A stretch of DNA of 64,000 nucleotides, taken from contig NC_069002.1 of NCBI RefSeq assembly GCF_001194135.2, positions 15,074,123 to 15,138,122 on the forward strand, read 5' to 3'. Made by a program: the position numbers and the translations under genes. Of this stretch, positions 60,173 through 64,000 are shown one piece after another. This DNA comes from Octopus bimaculoides (lineage: Eukaryota). Each line of letters opens with the position of its first letter. Position 1 is the first letter of the stretch. The notes under the pieces are model-generated. The model was not told the origin of the DNA, made no database searches, and saw only the letters and a program-made list of their open reading frames with translations.

Positions 60173-62018
60173 ACACATTCGTGGGTACATACAAGCAGAC
60201 ATGAAACAACTACAATGTATACTGTGTAATACTTACTGCAAAAGGAAGGGTTTGATGTCGATACATCAAGAATTCTCCAACTTCAAAACACTTAAAATAC
60301 TTTCTATCAAAAGTGGTAACATGTGGATCAGTAACTGATTTACATGTAGGTGTATATCTATCCTTTACTGTCACCTGTAGAGTCAGAGAAACAATTGAAG
60401 CAAATTTTTTAGATCGCAAATAGATATTTAAATACCTCATCATTCAAGAGTATAGTTTGAAAGAAATATATACATAAACGTACATAGGCCAAAGTTCAAA
60501 ACAATGGAGACATCATAAAATCATATATAGGACTCATAACAAACACCTTTAAGGCCTGTTTCATGCAAACACCTTATTATGATCCATAACTGTAGTAACA
60601 AAAAGACTACATAGTTATCTACGTAGATTTGGTATCTAAAGGACAGTGCTATATATTAATCTCAGCATGAAATGAGGCATTTTAGCAGAAGCAATTTCCT
60701 ATAATGGATGGGACACAAGTTACATTAAGTGTATAAGTGAAAAACTTCACAGCATGTCAGCAACAAACAGTCTAAACTCAAGGGAGGAGATATTTACCCC
60801 CTGCCTGTACATTCTTTGAATAAAACACACACACATAAACACTCGCACACACATAAACACTCGCACACACATAAACACTCGCACACACATAATCTTCTTT
60901 TAGTTTCCATCTACATAATCTTCTCACAAGGCTTTAGACTTGAGCCATTATAGAAGACCTCTGCCTAAGGAACTATTCAGTGGGACTAACCCAGAGGCCA
61001 CATAGTCAGGAAGTAAGCTTCATAACCTCAAAGTCAGAGAAAATAGTTAAGGACCATCTCATGATGTAGAACTTCATGGAGGAAATGACAAATAACCAAG
61101 CTGATTGGTAATGCATGGCACTTGGAAAGTTTCATTTATTACAGCAGACCAAAAGTTCTAGAAGTATAATGTGTACAAGGTCTGATCAGTAAGTATCTGG
61201 ACTGTTGCCATAGTAACGAAGCTAAGGAACGCAGAGGGAAGCTGCTTGGCACAGATTGACCTTGATGTCTGCTGTGCATGTGCACTAAATTTTAGCGTTC
61301 TAGCTCACTCCCACTGTTTACAGCAGGGCTTTGAAGTAATATATGTAACATGTGATCGTCACATTGACCATGAGAGAGAAAGTTGTCATGGTGATACCTG
61401 CTCAGAAGCCTATAGTAGAAAGGATTATTATAACCGACTTCACTTGTTATTTAGGATAGCTTTTATGATACGCTGGTAACCAATGTTCTGATCAAAGATC
61501 TTGTGAGAAACTGTAACTTTACTTTAACCCTCTGCTTGATGCTCCTACAAATTCATGTATTCATTTCTTTACAATTATAATTGACTGATTATTTAAGAAT
61601 TACTTACTTTAATTTTATAATCCTTCATTATTGATTTCACACTTTTACTACAAATGAGGTCACCATTTAGAAGCAATGTCAGTTGTTGGGAGCCATCTTT
61701 GATGCTGTCTACTGTTGCTTTCAAAGGAATACGCAGTTTGTTGTTCATCCAACTACTCTTAGCATTTGTGATTTTGTCTGGACAAGCTGTTCCAGTGCAA
61801 TTCCTGTTGGCTGAGTAACCAAAGACAAGCTGAATGAGTGGTTTACCATCTGAGCACTGCCAAGGCATTTTTTGAGGTTCTATGCTACTGCTGATTTCTA
61901 TTGCTGAAGCAATGGCTGATTGGTGTTTTAAAGGACAGAACATTCTTGGTGGTAATGGTGTACTGATAGATATATACTCGGTGTCACCTTCAACAATAGT
62001 TAATGAATCTCCATGTAC
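493..62018 (-). CDS. Multi-exon VWDE-like secreted glycoprotein gene (internal part, 37 exons, ~2334 aa, three tandem modules; both ends outside the window)
   Basis: All 37 exons are bounded by AG/GT and join with matching phases and no stop. VWD motifs (C..xDPH..TFD, SCNCxVA, LPTG, GLCGxxD) occur three times; EGF motifs (CxxDCNxxGxC, CxCxxxxxGxxC) and LamG-like exons occur twice. No start or stop exon is seen. Confidence 0.9.
905..1480 (+). mobile_element. Tc1/mariner transposase remnant
   Basis: MVFGVI...YVWQQDTAPCH, then WPPNS*..NPxDYYVWG after stops and frameshifts. Confidence 0.85.
2259..2370 (-). CDS. Exon C5 (112 nt, 0-1), VWD
   Basis: tttaag|GTCCAC...GAAG|gtaaaa; VHLPTGMVV...FLNLQIKPSAVDFNNTEG. 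Confidence 0.88.
2964..3176 (-). CDS. Exon C4 (213 nt, 0-0), VWD
   Basis: ttctag|GTTCAC...GAA|gtacgt; VHSFYRSCGGFASCNCAVAVRSGDDVIVFDRC... Confidence 0.9.
3435..3809 (-). mobile_element. Family-1 tRNA-derived SINE with an inverted 5' segment
   Basis: Matches the body of 35245-35628; segment 3744-3809 is in the opposite orientation. Confidence 0.75.
3897..3960 (-). CDS. Exon C3 (64 nt, 2-0), VWD
   Basis: ttttag|AAAAT...GAG|gtaagg; KYNNFFEGEFIMHQHKTLPFE. Confidence 0.88.
5568..5676 (+). pseudogene. U6: U6 snRNA retrocopy (full length, diverged) fused to a SINE 3' tail
   Basis: GTACTAGCTACGGCAGAACATATTCTAAAATTTGAGCGATACAGAGAAGATTAGCATG...CATTCCATATCTTTTT aligns end to end with U6 (about 12 differences from vertebrate U6 as I recall it). 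The ACAGAGA box is intact. Confidence 0.93.
5775..6300 (-). mobile_element. RTE LINE 3' end (ORF C-terminus plus 3' UTR)
   Basis: DEAVKHDLQMLNLTEAMTSDRDHWSYAVLEKT followed by the UTR shared with the copies at 7600 and 19783. Confidence 0.7.
6560..6935 (+). mobile_element. Possible highly decayed PIF1-like (Helitron) helicase remnant
   Basis: Broken peptides LDRLL.DVT, GGK, GHLRQ and LPLFRQMQL appear in the order expected for a helicase; weak similarity recalled from memory. Confidence 0.3.
6951..7027 (-). CDS. Exon C2 (77 nt, 0-2), VWD start
   Basis: tttcag|GTGAAA...GGGCG|gtgagt; VKVIDMDKKVLCKSINDPHISTFDG. Confidence 0.9.
7600..8050 (-). mobile_element. RTE-derived 3' UTR element with a (GAT)n tail and an internal 115-bp tandem repeat
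   Basis: (CAT)nCGTTTAACGTCCGC end; AAGGCCAGTCAGGCAGTACTGGCAAC recurs at 7795, 7910 and 8025. Confidence 0.8.
8242..8646 (-). CDS. Exon C1 (405 nt, 0-0), pre-VWD region
   Basis: tcgcag|ATTCTA...AAA|gtaagt; LVLEEGKPAKAIQIKSNVPPSLFC...VKSSIDSLID. Confidence 0.88.
8985..9486 (-). mobile_element. Family-2 SINE (spans an N gap)
   Basis: Both halves match 42893-43300. Confidence 0.85.
10476..10568 (-). CDS. Exon B16 (93 nt, 0-0)
   Basis: ctccag|ATCCAA...GAG|gtaaac; IQCRVAVCLRENCQGTLGKKKVSNIIKVSIE; matches A15. Confidence 0.82.
11180..11557 (+). mobile_element. Family-1 tRNA-derived SINE
   Basis: Head GGAGGCGCAATGGCCCAGTGGTTAG...TTTCGATTCC with A/B-box-like motifs; body shared with three minus-strand copies. 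Confidence 0.85.
12053..12267 (-). CDS. Exon B15 (215 nt, 1-0), Ig-like domain
   Basis: ctccag|GATTG...CAG|gtaaat; LPEITTEP...FTCEF...YIVTWWING. Confidence 0.88.
12490..12878 (-). mobile_element. Family-2 SINE (diverged)
   Basis: Colinear with 42893-43300. Confidence 0.8.
13125..13775 (-). CDS. Exon B14 (651 nt, 1-1), LamG/ConA-like (pentraxin-like) domain
   Basis: ttgcag|CAGAT (tandem acceptor, alternative start 13772)...TTAG|gtattt; LVLDGKNEYL...CLFNPNLCSYGITHSF...LSWS...VFMNG...LTIG. Confidence 0.88.
13798..13945. repeat. ~29-bp minisatellite just upstream of exon B14
   Basis: AAAATATGCAGAAAACATAATTTAAAATG repeated about 4-5 times. Confidence 0.75.
15280..15394 (-). CDS. Exon B13 (115 nt, 0-1)
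   Basis: aatcag|GAAGAT...CGAT|gtaaat; EDVCRINDKCYPQGVINPESPTLYCD...QW. Confidence 0.85.
15753..16843 (+). mobile_element. Tc1/mariner element with TIRs and a decayed transposase
   Basis: TIRs CAGGGTGGT(C/G)CAAA with TA on both sides; WSDEACFKLSGHVN and EWLPRSPDLMPMDFF motifs with stops. Confidence 0.88.
18407..18639. mobile_element. Tc1/mariner-type MITE
   Basis: 30-bp TIR CAGGGTTGGCCAAAAGTCACCTGACAGTAA with 2 mismatches, flanked by TA. Confidence 0.85.
18749..18952 (-). CDS. Exon B12 (204 nt, 0-0), IPT-like domain
   Basis: ttccag|GAAAAT...CGA|gtaagt; ...YVSSEEALCQLP...YYDGNCKTC. Confidence 0.88.
19440..20510 (+). mobile_element. RTE-clade LINE 3' remnant interrupted by a nested insertion
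   Basis: FADDFDLL, FKYLG, RLYKTLVTSILLYEC, LAWFGH and GTVQGRWKRGRQRK motifs. Confidence 0.88.
19783..20056 (-). mobile_element. RTE 3' UTR element nested in the RTE remnant
   Basis: Same sequence as 7600-7900; flanked by a GATT duplication (19779-19782 and 20057-20060). Confidence 0.85.
20606..20985 (-). mobile_element. Family-2 SINE
   Basis: Colinear with 42893-43300. Confidence 0.8.
21173..21598. repeat. 214-bp direct tandem duplication covering the 3' end and donor of exon B11
   Basis: Two near-identical copies; donor GTAAGA at 21567 and 21353. Confidence 0.9.
21568..21755 (-). CDS. Exon B11 (188 nt, 1-0), EGF plus start of IPT-like domain
   Basis: ttctag|GTAAT...AAC|gtaaga; NCICEKDWFGEDCS...IRLRGSRF...MTCTI. 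Confidence 0.9.
22249..22429 (-). CDS. Exon B10 (181 nt, 0-1), ends in an EGF-like half
   Basis: ttacag|CTAACC...CAGA|gtaggt; ...ICINDCNNHGNCSQ. Confidence 0.9.
23070..23410 (-). mobile_element. Family-4 tRNA-derived SINE (related copies at 42440-42735 and 14250-14460)
   Basis: Head GTGAAGGCACATGGCTCAGTG... and body shared between the copies. Confidence 0.7.
23513..23668 (-). CDS. Exon B9 (156 nt, 0-0), C8-like region
   Basis: tttcag|GATGTT...CAG|gtaaga; DVSWPTPSNKTKTEVEEFC...GCIEDVQ. Confidence 0.9.
26125..26231 (-). CDS. Exon B8 (107 nt, 1-0), linker
   Basis: tttcag|GAGTA...CCA|gtaagt; VDITEKLIEESIMPAKCIAPEEKVHFEFDSNYTSP. Confidence 0.78.
26943..27080. mobile_element. 138-bp hAT-type MITE
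   Basis: Perfect 11-bp TIR CACTAGCATAG and perfect 8-bp TSD GCTGTTCC (26935-26942 and 27081-27088). Confidence 0.85.
28086..28481 (-). mobile_element. Family-2 SINE, full length
   Basis: Colinear with 42893-43300 including the tRNA-like head. Confidence 0.88.
28557..28735 (-). CDS. Exon B7 (179 nt, 2-1)
   Basis: ttgcag|AGTG...AAAG|gtttgt; VKRNESLYDGYCP...FCQC...CGVDYDKMTC; the 3' boundary is less certain. Confidence 0.75.
30369..30477 (-). CDS. Exon B6 (109 nt, 1-2), VWD end
   Basis: tttcag|GTCTT...GGAG|gtagtt; GLCGTFDDDKTNDL...FSLSWR. Confidence 0.9.
30714..31860 (-). mobile_element. Truncated Gypsy/Ty3-type LTR retrotransposon (integrase remnant, PPT, 3' LTR)
   Basis: PWSQLHIDFAGP, VVDSYTK, FTRFG, SDNGTQF and YHPRSNG motifs; PPT AAAAGGGGAGA abuts a 268-bp TG...CA segment at 30714-30981. 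Confidence 0.85.
32075..32186 (-). CDS. Exon B5 (112 nt, 0-1), VWD
   Basis: ccttag|GTTTAC...GTGG|gtgagt; VYLPTGGQV...FLNVWFKASAADFEHTVG. Confidence 0.9.
32392..32721 (-). mobile_element. Family-2 SINE (5' truncated)
   Basis: Colinear with 42893-43300. Confidence 0.8.
32773..33655. repeat. AT-rich 17-bp minisatellite (TAGATTATATATTATCA)n
   Basis: Roughly 50 imperfect units visible. Confidence 0.92.
34095..34480. repeat. Compound (CT)n-TATTT microsatellite
   Basis: CT runs punctuated by TATTT. Confidence 0.9.
34525..34731 (-). CDS. Exon B4 (207 nt, 0-0), VWD
   Basis: cattag|ATACAT...ATG|gtaaat; IHTFYRSCNKHASCNCAVAIQSGDDVIVIDRC... Confidence 0.9.
35090..35153 (-). CDS. Exon B3 (64 nt, 2-0), VWD
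   Basis: ttccag|ATTTT...GTG|gtaaga; FYNNFYEGEFVLYRHTTLPYV. Confidence 0.88.
35245..35628 (-). mobile_element. Family-1 tRNA-derived SINE, full length
   Basis: (CAA)n tail; probable TSD ATAAAAGGA (35234-35242 and 35632-35640). Confidence 0.88.
38516..38592 (-). CDS. Exon B2 (77 nt, 0-2), VWD start
   Basis: tatcag|GTAACA...GGAAA|gtaagt; VTIIDRDKHALCRSINDPHMTTFDG. Confidence 0.9.
38665..38884 (-). mobile_element. Family-3 tRNA-derived SINE
   Basis: Reverse complement of 50806-51083, including the tail shared with the U6 chimera. Confidence 0.8.
39556..39952 (-). mobile_element. Family-2 SINE
   Basis: High identity to 42893-43300. Confidence 0.88.
41230..41631 (-). CDS. Exon B1 (402 nt, 0-0), pre-VWD region
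   Basis: ctttag|CTAAAA...AAA|gtaagc; LTIKEGGK..FIEVFSTIPPRLLC...IPVKAAIDG. Confidence 0.88.
41806..42200 (-). mobile_element. Family-2 SINE (diverged)
   Basis: Colinear with 42893-43300. Confidence 0.8.
42806..43459. mobile_element. Old hAT-type MITE interrupted by the SINE
   Basis: Imperfect TIRs CAGGGTTTCTCAATC / CAGTGGTTCTCAGCC; TSD degenerate. Confidence 0.45.
42893..43300 (-). mobile_element. Family-2 SINE reference copy: tRNA-like head, CORE-like segment, microsatellite, 3' domain, (AAAAGAGT)n tail
   Basis: Minus head AGGCGCAGGAGTGGCTGTGTGGTAAG...GGTTCAGTCCC, then CCTTGGGCAAGTG (similar to the MIR CORE). Confidence 0.88.
44113..44205 (-). CDS. Exon A15 (93 nt, 0-0)
   Basis: caacag|ATTTAT...GGG|gtaagt; IYCQVSACVKSNCAATKTFWRKSLMLDVLFG; same length and Cys pattern as B16. 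Confidence 0.8.
44587..44816 (-). CDS. Exon A14 (230 nt, 1-0), Ig-like domain
   Basis: tttcag|AGCCC...AAA|gtgagt; P..PERPTI...TAFCNF...YYVQW; homologous to B15. Not in the ORF track. Confidence 0.82.
45420..46013 (-). CDS. Exon A13 (594 nt, 1-1), LamG/ConA-like (pentraxin-like) domain
   Basis: ctgcag|AAACC...ACAG|gtatgg; CLLNPEHCPLGVTFSFYLK...ISWSEQFGFSLSIDG...LIG. Confidence 0.85.
46336..46718 (-). mobile_element. Family-1 tRNA-derived SINE
   Basis: Colinear with 49155-49542. Confidence 0.85.
46926..47040 (-). CDS. Exon A12 (115 nt, 0-1)
   Basis: ttccag|AAAAGC...AACA|gtaagt; KSICTINKECYPRG...CYPEKLPNSWS; same length as B13. Confidence 0.85.
47836..48024 (-). CDS. Exon A11 (189 nt, 0-0), IPT-like domain
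   Basis: tttcag|GATGGT...AAA|gtaagt; ...SIYCKVP...VSVSNNGITWS...YDSKCFSNC. Confidence 0.88.
49155..49545 (-). mobile_element. Family-1 tRNA-derived SINE, full length
   Basis: TSD AAAGGTTCTCT (49144-49154 and 49547-49557); (CAA)n tail. Confidence 0.9.
49836..50029 (-). CDS. Exon A10 (194 nt, 1-0), EGF plus start of IPT-like domain
   Basis: cttcag|GAGAA...GCG|gtatgt; ECVCTGDYTGETCS...IQISGEGF...LTCRF. Confidence 0.9.
50567..50750 (-). CDS. Exon A9 (184 nt, 0-1), ends in an EGF-like half
   Basis: tttcag|ATGACA...AAAG|gtaaat; ...ICTDDCNGNGECVK. Confidence 0.9.
50806..51083 (+). mobile_element. Family-3 tRNA-derived SINE
   Basis: Head GGCGAGCTGGCAGAATCGTTAG...GAGTTCAAATTCC; central GCCTTTCATCCTTTCGGGGTCGATAAA (Meta/MESC-like domain, from memory); a ~50-bp overlap around the N gap looks like an assembly artefact. 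Confidence 0.85.
51540..51790 (-). mobile_element. Tc1/mariner transposase C-terminal remnant
   Basis: WFQQDGATP...WAPDSPDLNP...KPQTIGELKAAIT with frameshifts. Confidence 0.75.
52327..52482 (-). CDS. Exon A8 (156 nt, 0-0), C8-like region
   Basis: gtccag|GAACAA...ATG|gtaaat; EQPNVTQSGITEDQARGQC...EACVTDIM; same length as B9. Not in the ORF track. Confidence 0.85.
52770..53010. repeat. Degenerate AT-only low-complexity repeat
   Basis: Recurring TTTTATATTTTTAATTTA-like units. Confidence 0.7.
53449..53552 (-). CDS. Exon A7 (104 nt, 1-0), acidic linker
   Basis: cctcag|ATACT...GGG|gtatgt; TDVTDFYWKEAAYPRKCLGEESEEFEYDEDYVAG; homologous to B8. Confidence 0.75.
53645..54027 (-). mobile_element. Family-2 SINE
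   Basis: High identity to 42893-43300. Confidence 0.88.
55553..55704 (-). CDS. Exon A6 (152 nt, 2-1)
   Basis: tttcag|GTTAAAT...TCAA|gtaagt; LNKTDSLYNGYCP..., homologous to B7. Confidence 0.85.
55808..55966 (-). mobile_element. Short Penelope-like repeat carrying a hammerhead-like motif
   Basis: CTGTTGAAGAGCGTAGGCTCGAAACGT motif, flanked by microsatellites; family assignment is inference. Confidence 0.5.
56863..56971 (-). CDS. Exon A5 (109 nt, 1-2), VWD end
   Basis: atttag|GTATGT...GGAG|gtgaga; GMCGNYDGSTRNDLRMPNG...FCLAWR. Confidence 0.9.
57085..57184 (-). CDS. Exon A4 (100 nt, 0-1), VWD
   Basis: ttttag|ATTCAT...GAAG|gtaac; IHLPTGSVIFCQLTSTFINLWMRASPNDFNKTEG. Confidence 0.9.
58897..59088 (-). 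CDS. Exon A3 (192 nt, 0-0), VWD
   Basis: tttcag|GTGCAT...GAG|gtaagt; VHAFYKSCNGRASCNCGVAVQSGDNVILLDRC... Confidence 0.9.
59380..60060 (-). mobile_element. Decayed CR1/L2-like LINE remnant
   Basis: DHKLDFS...IFPTLINLVKPDL resembles the RT C-terminal D.KL.F...LVRPHLEY segment. Confidence 0.4.
60237..60374 (-). CDS. Exon A2 (138 nt, 0-0), VWD start
   Basis: ctacag|GTGACA...GCA|gtaagt; VTVKDRYTPTCKSVTDPHVTTFDRKYFKCFEVGEFLMYRHQTLPFA. Confidence 0.9.
61176..61325 (+). mobile_element. Mariner-like element 5' end
   Basis: TA followed by CAAGGTCTGATCAGTAAGTATCTGGACTG, a mariner-type TIR; no partner TIR found. Confidence 0.45.
61608..62018 (-). CDS. Exon A1 (411 nt, phase 0-0), pre-VWD Cys-rich region
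   Basis: ttgtag|GTACAT...AAA|gtaagt; VHGDSLTIVEGDTEYISISTPLPPRMFC...; homologous to B1 and C1. Confidence 0.85.
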
Positions 62019-62798
62019 CTACAAATAATAAATAAAAGATTATTAATTTTTTTCTTGTTAGTTTACATTTCTTGTTGGCTTATTTTTTCTCAACATTTCG
62101 TGTGCATTATTGCTATTATTCTTGATGCTGTTTCACCAGAGGTCAGCGATCATAGAGAAGCTTTATGTTCAAATACAGTCCAGCTGTCACCATCTTGTCT
62201 AAGTTTAGCCAGGAAATACCTGGCACTACAATATCCATGATCCCCCTCTTATTATCTTATTTCAATGAAGATAGTGAGGTTTCATTTGAGGTGTAGAGGG
62301 GGGGCTGGTATTTTTAGCAAGTGGAAACTCTTTCTAGCAAAGCTCACTCTCCACATCATGTTTATTTATATTGTAAGCGTGAGGGATACACCCCTGAGAT
62401 GAAGGAAAGTTATTTAGCTAAATGGTGGTCTGTTTTAAGATTGGAGAGATATGGATTAACAACAAATGGACATATTTTATTTTCTACCCTTTATTCTTTT
62501 AATTTTATTTATGTTCTATGTAGCTAGATCCATCTACAGGTTATAACTCCAGAATGATTCTACTCTCAGTCAATGTACCCACAAACTATGAGAGAGTACA
62601 ACATGCACATAGGAACTCAGTATATATAGTAGGATATCTTTTATACCAAAACATCTGAGGAGATACAGACCACACTGACTGATGCAACGTAACTAGATGG
62701 TCAATATTCTAACAGTAAGGGACAACTGCAGGATGGGTTGAAAGGATCATTGCATTGAATATAGATTTGTATGAAATCCATTTTCTGTTTCCTTTGTC

Positions 62799-62844
<46 letters not shown>

Positions 62845-63613
62845 NNNNNNNNNNNNNNNNNNNNNNNNNNNNNNNNNNNNNNNNNNNNNNNNNNNNNNNN
62901 NNNNNNNNNNNNNNNNNNNNNNNNNNNNNNNNNNNNNNNNNNNNNNNNNNNNNNNNNNNNNNNNNNNNNNNNNNNNNNNNNNNNNNNNNNNNNNNNNNNN
63001 NNNNNNNNNNNNNNNNNNNNNNNNNNNNNNNNNNNNNNNNNNNNNNNNNNNNNNNNNNNNNNNNNNNNNNNNNNNNNNNNNNNNNNNNNNNNNNNNNNNN
63101 NNNNNNNNNNNNNNNNNNNNNNNNNNNNNNNNNNNNNNNNNNNNNNNNNNNNNNNNNNNNNNNNNNNNNNNNNNNNNNNNNNNNNNNNNNNNNNNNNNNN
63201 NNNNNNNNNNNNNNNNNNNNNNNNNNNNNNNNNNNNNNNNNNNNNNNNNNNNNNNNNNNNNNNNNNNNNNNNNNNNNNNNNNNNNNNNNNNNNNNNNNNN
63301 NNNNNNNNNNNNNNNNNNNNNNNNNNNNNNNNNNNNNNNNNNNNNNNNNNNNNNNNNNNNNNNNNNNNNNNNNNNNNNNNNNNNNNNNNNNNNNNNNNNN
63401 NNNNNNNNNNNNNNNNNNNNNNNNNNNNNNNNNNNNNNNNNNNNNNNNNNNNNNNNNNNNNNNNNNNNNNNNNNNNNNNNNNNNNNNNNNNNNNNNNNNN
63501 NNNNNNNNNNNNNNNNNNNNNNNNNNNNNNNNNNNNNNNNNNNNNNNNNNNNNNNNNNNNNNNNNNNNNNNNNNNNNNNNNNNNNNNNNNNNNNNNNNNN
63601 NNNNNNNNNNNNN
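62845..63613. other. Assembly gap (other large gaps at 4968-5154 and 9098-9305)
   Basis: N runs flanked by (TA)n; may hide the 93-nt exon expected upstream of A1. Confidence 0.98.
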
Positions 63614-64000
63614 AATTCAATAATAGGACGAATTCTTTTACAAGAATTTATCAAGTAGCTAGCGTACATATCCATATATAAATGTATACACAAGAACCAG
63701 AAAGGTCTACAATAAGTAAGACTTTTGTTTTTGAGGGTGGGACTTGGGAAACAAAAGATTTCTTGAATGGAAAGACAATGTTAGTGCAGGCTACACCATA
63801 TTCATTATCAACAACTTTGTTGTTAACAGAATAATTTACAATAAAAAAAACAAAATTATAACTTCCTATAATGGTTGTTACATTTTCATTGTGTCTAATT
63901 GGGTCTCTACACTGCTCAGTCTGAATAAATAAATTATGTTAACTATGATATTCAGGTTAGCATATTGGGTCCTTTGTACAGCCATTAAGGCTGTGCCTAT

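Noticed and set aside
63705-63921. Stop-free minus frame after an acceptor-like ttcag
   Set aside because: No similarity to the expected upstream exons (A14/A15 types) and no convincing donor.

Overview
This is eukaryotic, AT-rich, repeat-dense intron-exon DNA. The SINE, RTE and microsatellite content is typical of an octopod cephalopod assembly (inferred, not proven). It contains no prokaryotic operons or CRISPR arrays, and most of the six-frame ORF track is noise. The whole window is spanned by an internal part of one very large minus-strand gene. I traced 37 GT-AG exons by hand (62018 down to 493). They join in continuous phase into a 7004-nt stop-free frame of about 2334 aa that is open at both ends. 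The protein resembles von Willebrand factor D and EGF domain-containing (VWDE-like) proteins but is built as a tandem array of ~1000-aa modules: Cys-rich pre-VWD region, VWD, Cys/acidic linker, C8-like region, EGF x2, IPT-like beta domain, LamG/ConA-like domain, Ig-like domain. Modules A (987 aa) and B (1020 aa) are complete and module C is partial. The introns hold several tRNA-derived SINE families, RTE LINE remnants, Tc1/mariner elements, hAT and Tc1 MITEs, a truncated Gypsy element, satellites and assembly gaps. The best leads are the modular giant gene, an intron present in modules B and C but absent in A, a U6 snRNA-SINE-tail chimeric retrocopy with a target-site duplication, a hammerhead-ribozyme-like motif, and a strong orientation bias in one SINE family.
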